Below are positions 25,415-28,015 of a DNA stretch of 28,015 nucleotides, piece by piece (position 1 is the stretch's first letter; the number at the start of each line of letters is the position of its first letter). The DNA comes from Armatimonadota bacterium (GTDB taxonomy: Bacteria; Armatimonadota; Armatimonadia; Armatimonadales; Armatimonadaceae): contig JACMJB010000423.1 of NCBI GenBank assembly GCA_014380815.1, positions 1-28,015 of the forward strand, read 5' to 3'. The translations under genes and the position numbers were made by a program. Under the pieces are notes generated by a model, which saw only the letters and a program-made list of their open reading frames with translations, had not been told where the DNA came from and did not search any database.

Positions 25415-25939
25415 ATGTCTGCAATGTCTGCAATGAACGCGCCATCAAAGCCCTGCCGGATCGAGATGTTCGGAGAGCTGCGGATCACCCTTGGCGAGAC
25501 GACCACCAGCCGCTTCCTGACACGCAAAATCAGCGGTCTGCTGGCCTATCTGGCCTTGAAGATGCCGCGAATGCAGCCGCGGGAACTGCTCTGCGAACTG
25601 TTCTGGCCGGATCAAGAGATCGCGGCAGCTCGGAACAGTTTGTCTGTCGCGCTCTCCTCGCTGCGGCGGCATCTTGACGCGATGCCGCGTGTGGGGAGCG
25701 GTGGAAGCGGTTGACCTGCTATCCACGGCTACCACGCGGCGTGATTATTTGGGGCATCGGAGGCGATGCGCCGCGTGATGGGCATGCCCCGCGCGCCCGC
25801 CGAGGAACAGGAGTATGCTGCCCGCCTCGCGGACCTACGCGCCTCCCTGCCTCCCAACGCTTTCTCGGATGCCTGGCGGGCAGGGGAGCAACTTAGCTGG
25901 GAAGCGGCTGCCGCCGAAGCGCTCTCGCGGCTTGCCTGA
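25415..25939 (+). pseudogene. Remnant of a large SARP/LuxR-type transcriptional regulator: N-terminal winged-helix DNA-binding fragment and C-terminal tail in the same frame, interrupted by two TGA stops (internal deletion)
   Basis: 25415..25714 encodes ...IEMFGELRITLGETTTSRFLTRKISGLLAYLALKMPRMQPRELLCELFWPDQEIAAARNSLSVALSSLRRHL..., an OmpR/SARP-type wHTH. The same frame, after TGA stops at 25712 and 25739, continues as MRRVMGMPRAPAEEQEYAARLADLRASLPPNAFSDAWRAGEQLSWEAAAAEALSRLA*. This resembles the conserved extreme C-terminus of large ATPase/TPR regulators of this class (...EAFAAAW..G.ALSLEEAVA.AL). Confidence 0.45.
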
Positions 25940-26071
25940 ATCTTTCGCGAAAGAACCGGCGGCGCGATCTCACGCGGAAAAGCCGCGCGAACTTGACGGC
26001 TGCGTTGTTTCACGATAAGCTGACGGTGTTCGTTTCGTTGTTTGTGCAAATGAACAAAATAAAAGGGTGAG

Positions 26072-26428
26072 GTGATGACGCTGGACAAAACCCTTGTCTT
26101 CAGAGCGCTTGGGGACTCGACCCGGCTTCGCATTTTCGAGTTTCTGGTCTCCTGCTGCTGCCCGGTCGCGGTTGAAGCGACCACCGGCGATGTTCGACCG
26201 GTCCGGGGGCCGACGGTGGGCGAGGTCTGCTGCAACGTGACCGGTGCGGATCAGATCACCTCGACCGTTTCGCGGCACCTCAAGGAGCTGCGTCTCGCGG
26301 GCCTGATCACCGTCGAACGGCGGGGTAAGACCATGGTCTGCGGCGTAAATCGTGAGGCGCTGGTGGAAATGACCAGCTATTTTGAGGGTCTCTCTGCAAC
26401 CGTCGTTGGCGGAGAGGACTGCTGCTAG
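26072..26428 (+). CDS. arsR: ArsR/SmtB family metalloregulatory repressor with an atypical Cys arrangement
   Basis: The wHTH VSRHLKELRLAGLITVERRGKTMVCGVNREAL is present. The cysteines are placed as SCCCP...GEVCCNV (an expanded alpha3 region) plus a C-terminal GGEDCC. SD: AAAGGGTGAGGTG-ATG. Confidence 0.8.
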   Translation: MMTLDKTLVFRALGDSTRLRIFEFLVSCCCPVAVEATTGDVRPVRGPTVGEVCCNVTGADQITSTVSRHLKELRLAGLITVERRGKTMVCGVNREALVEMTSYFEGLSATVVGGEDCC

Positions 26429-26446
26429 ACAGCAGGGAAAGAAAAC

Positions 26447-27355
26447 ATGAGTGACACCACTTCGACCACTTTGACTGCCCGTGAGGACGTGCGCGAGATC
26501 GTGCGGCAGAAGTACGGCGAGGCCGCCCTTACGGTTCTGCAGGGGAACAGGGCCGCGTGCTGCGGTGGCAACGCAGGCGGGGGCGACTCCTGCTGCGGGG
26601 GCGACGTAATCACCGGTGGCCTTTACAATGAGGTCGAAGCATCGCTCATCCCCGAAGCCGCCCTGCTGGCCTCACTCGGCTGTGGAAACCCGACCGCGCT
26701 CGCCTCGCTTTTGCCCGGCGAGGTGGTTCTGGACCTGGGAAGCGGCGGCGGTATTGATGTTCTGCTGTCGGCGACCCGCGTGGGGCCGACCGGGTTTGCC
26801 TACGGTCTCGACATGACCGACGAGATGCTTCGCCTCGCCGAAAAGAACAAAGCGGCGGCAGGCGCGGAGAATGTCGCGTTTCTGAAGGGGCATATCGAGC
26901 AGATCCCGCTTCCCGATGGCGTCGTGGACGTCGTCATCTCCAACTGCGTGATTAACCTATCTGCCGACAAAGACCGGGTGCTCGCGGAGGCGTTCCGGGT
27001 GCTGAAGCCAGGCGGTCGCTTCGCGGTGTCCGACGTGGTCGTGGAAGGCGAGCTTCCCGGTGCCGTGCGCGCGGACATGGAGGCCTATGTCGGCTGCGTC
27101 GCGGGGGCACTCGAGGTGACGGACTATCTGGCGCGGCTGGCGCGCGCGGGCTTCGCGGAGGTATCCGCCACCCCAACGCGCCGTTATACCTTCGCGGATC
27201 TGGAAGCGACGATGATGCATACGGAGGCTGTCCACACGCTGCCTTCCGAGCAAAAAGCCGCGCTGGACGGGCGGGTCATGGGCGCTTTTATCCGCGCCAC
27301 CAAGCCGGTGGAAATGGTGTGCTGCGCGCCGGACTGCGGCGGCGGCGCATCGTGA
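26447..27355 (+). CDS. arsM: Arsenite S-adenosylmethionine methyltransferase (ArsM/AS3MT family)
   Basis: It has the SAM motif [12 protein letters not shown] and conserved cysteines in [14 protein letters not shown] and YVGCVAGA. There is an N-terminal Cys-rich CCGG...CCGG stretch and C-terminal CC..C, as in ArsM. Confidence 0.85.
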   Translation: MSDTTSTTLTAREDVREIVRQKYGEAALTVLQGNRAACCGGNAGGGDSCCGGDVITGGLYNEVEASLIPEAALLASLGCGNPTALASLLPGEVVLDLGSGGGIDVLLSATRVGPTGFAYGLDMTDEMLRLAEKNKAAAGAENVAFLKGHIEQIPLPDGVVDVVISNCVINLSADKDRVLAEAFRVLKPGGRFAVSDVVVEGELPGAVRADMEAYVGCVAGALEVTDYLARLARAGFAEVSATPTRRYTFADLEATMMHTEAVHTLPSEQKAALDGRVMGAFIRATKPVEMVCCAPDCGGGAS

Positions 27356-27798
27356 ACACCATCAAGGCCCCTCGTGCGGTCAAGGCGGTCAAGACCGTTC
27401 TCTTTGTTTGTGTCCACAATGCAGGCCGCTCCCAGATGGCGGAGGCGTTCACGAACCACCTTGCCCAGAAGCGCGGTGTCGCCGTGCGGGGATTGTCGGC
27501 GGGAACCGTGGCCGGGGACGCGATCAATCCCCTGGCGGTCGCGGTCATGGAAGAGCTTGGTATCTCCCTGGCGGGGCAGCATCCCAAGCCGTTGACCCAG
27601 GAACTGGCGGACCGATCCGACCGCGTCATCACCATGGGCTGCGGGGTGGACGCGGAGGCGTGCCCCGCTCGGATACATCTTTCGGAGGACTGGGGCCTGG
27701 ACGATCCCAAGGGCCAGTCGCTGGAAGCGGTCCGGGCCATCCGCGATCAGATCCAGATGAGGGTGGAAACGCTGCTTTCCGAGATAGTAGCACCATGA
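27352..27798 (+). CDS. arsC: Arsenate reductase, LMW-PTP family (thioredoxin-coupled ArsC)
   Basis: It has the P-loop VLFVCVHNAGRSQMAEA (CX5R) and a downstream Cys pair MGCGVDAEACP. A GTG at 27352 overlaps the arsM stop (GTGA). The track's longer 27319 start is also a GTG, so the 5' end is uncertain. Confidence 0.85.
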   Translation: MNTIKAPRAVKAVKTVLFVCVHNAGRSQMAEAFTNHLAQKRGVAVRGLSAGTVAGDAINPLAVAVMEELGISLAGQHPKPLTQELADRSDRVITMGCGVDAEACPARIHLSEDWGLDDPKGQSLEAVRAIRDQIQMRVETLLSEIVAP

Positions 27799-28015
27799 TC
27801 GCCGCCGCCGCTACCCGGGGGGATTCGATCCGGCGACACTATCTGGCGGAGTTCGTCGGCACCTTCGGTATCGTGATCTCCCCGGTCGCGCTTTCCGCTA
27901 CAGGGCACATTCCGGGCGGGGATGGGAGCCTGATGGCGGCGGCCTGGGTCTCGGGGATCGCGGTGCTTGCGATGATCTACGCCCTGGGTCCGATCTCCGC
28001 CGCGCACTTCAACCC
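27795..28015 (+). CDS. MIP-family channel (aquaglyceroporin, likely arsenite channel), partial at the 3' end
   Basis: Its ATG overlaps the arsC stop (ATGA). The translation MIAAAATRGDSIRRHYLAEFVGTFGIVISPVALSATGHIPGGDGSLMAAAWVSGIAVLAMIYALGPISAAHFN(P) has TM helices and the first NPA box (SGAHFNP). The gene runs off the window end. Confidence 0.7.
   Translation, partial: MIAAAATRGDSIRRHYLAEFVGTFGIVISPVALSATGHIPGGDGSLMAAAWVSGIAVLAMIYALGPISAAHFN

Noticed and set aside
25403-25425. Tandem 9-mer AATGTCTGC x2.5, considered as a possible CRISPR or minisatellite
   Set aside because: There are only 2.5 copies with no spacers. I interpret it as a slippage duplication within the decayed regulator 5' end and mention it under that finding.
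25729-26235. 168-aa ORF on the - strand, and the 25342..25677 ORF on the + strand
   Set aside because: Both lie in the degenerate regulator-remnant region or in its alternative frames. The translations are low-complexity. No SD or promoter context.
1-28015. Search for tRNA/rRNA genes, CRISPR arrays, IS elements, integrases and att-like repeats
   Set aside because: No T-loop (GTTCRANYC) or anticodon-stem candidates, no rRNA-like conserved blocks, no spaced repeat arrays, and no transposase, integrase or recombinase ORFs were seen on either strand.

Overview
This is a high-GC (about 65-70%) bacterial chromosomal segment, densely coding, with roughly 33 genes. I found no rRNA, tRNA, CRISPR array, transposase or integrase. 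From 5' to 3' it contains: (i) a 5'-partial group-II truncated hemoglobin and serC; (ii) a cell-envelope glycan locus spanning about 1.7-12.9 kb, made of a GT2::SAM-methyltransferase fusion, a GT-C ArnT/PMT-like membrane glycosyltransferase, a membrane-anchored SDR, a secreted GH5 glycanase with a C-terminal jelly-roll domain, a small acidic hypothetical protein with a palindromic operator-like site, a GT4 glycosyltransferase translationally coupled to a 721-aa polytopic membrane protein, and a convergent secreted protein with a PEP-CTERM-like C-terminus; (iii) an NfeD-flotillin (SPFH) operon in which NfeD carries a long His/Gly-rich insertion; (iv) a TPR-like protein, a 50-codon ORF for a secreted Pro-rich peptide that I found but the ORF track omits, and an ECF sigma factor with a long Thr-rich N-terminal extension; (v) an FAD-dependent oxidoreductase, a secreted M16B peptidase pair (active and inactive subunits), a two-HKD PLD-family protein, a Gfo/Idh/MocA oxidoreductase and an aldo/keto reductase; (vi) the decayed remnant of a large SARP/LuxR-type regulator, reduced to an N-terminal winged-helix fragment and a C-terminal tail in the same frame but interrupted by stop codons; (vii) an arsenic operon arsR-arsM-arsC followed by an MIP/aquaglyceroporin gene that runs off the window end. 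Several genes carry a -10-like hexamer 8-9 nt upstream of the start codon, which suggests leaderless mRNAs. I recognised no defence system or mobile element. The most unusual items are the His-rich NfeD/flotillin pair, the GT2-methyltransferase/GT-C/SDR module, the small secreted peptide beside the extended ECF sigma, and the gutted regulator gene next to the ars operon.
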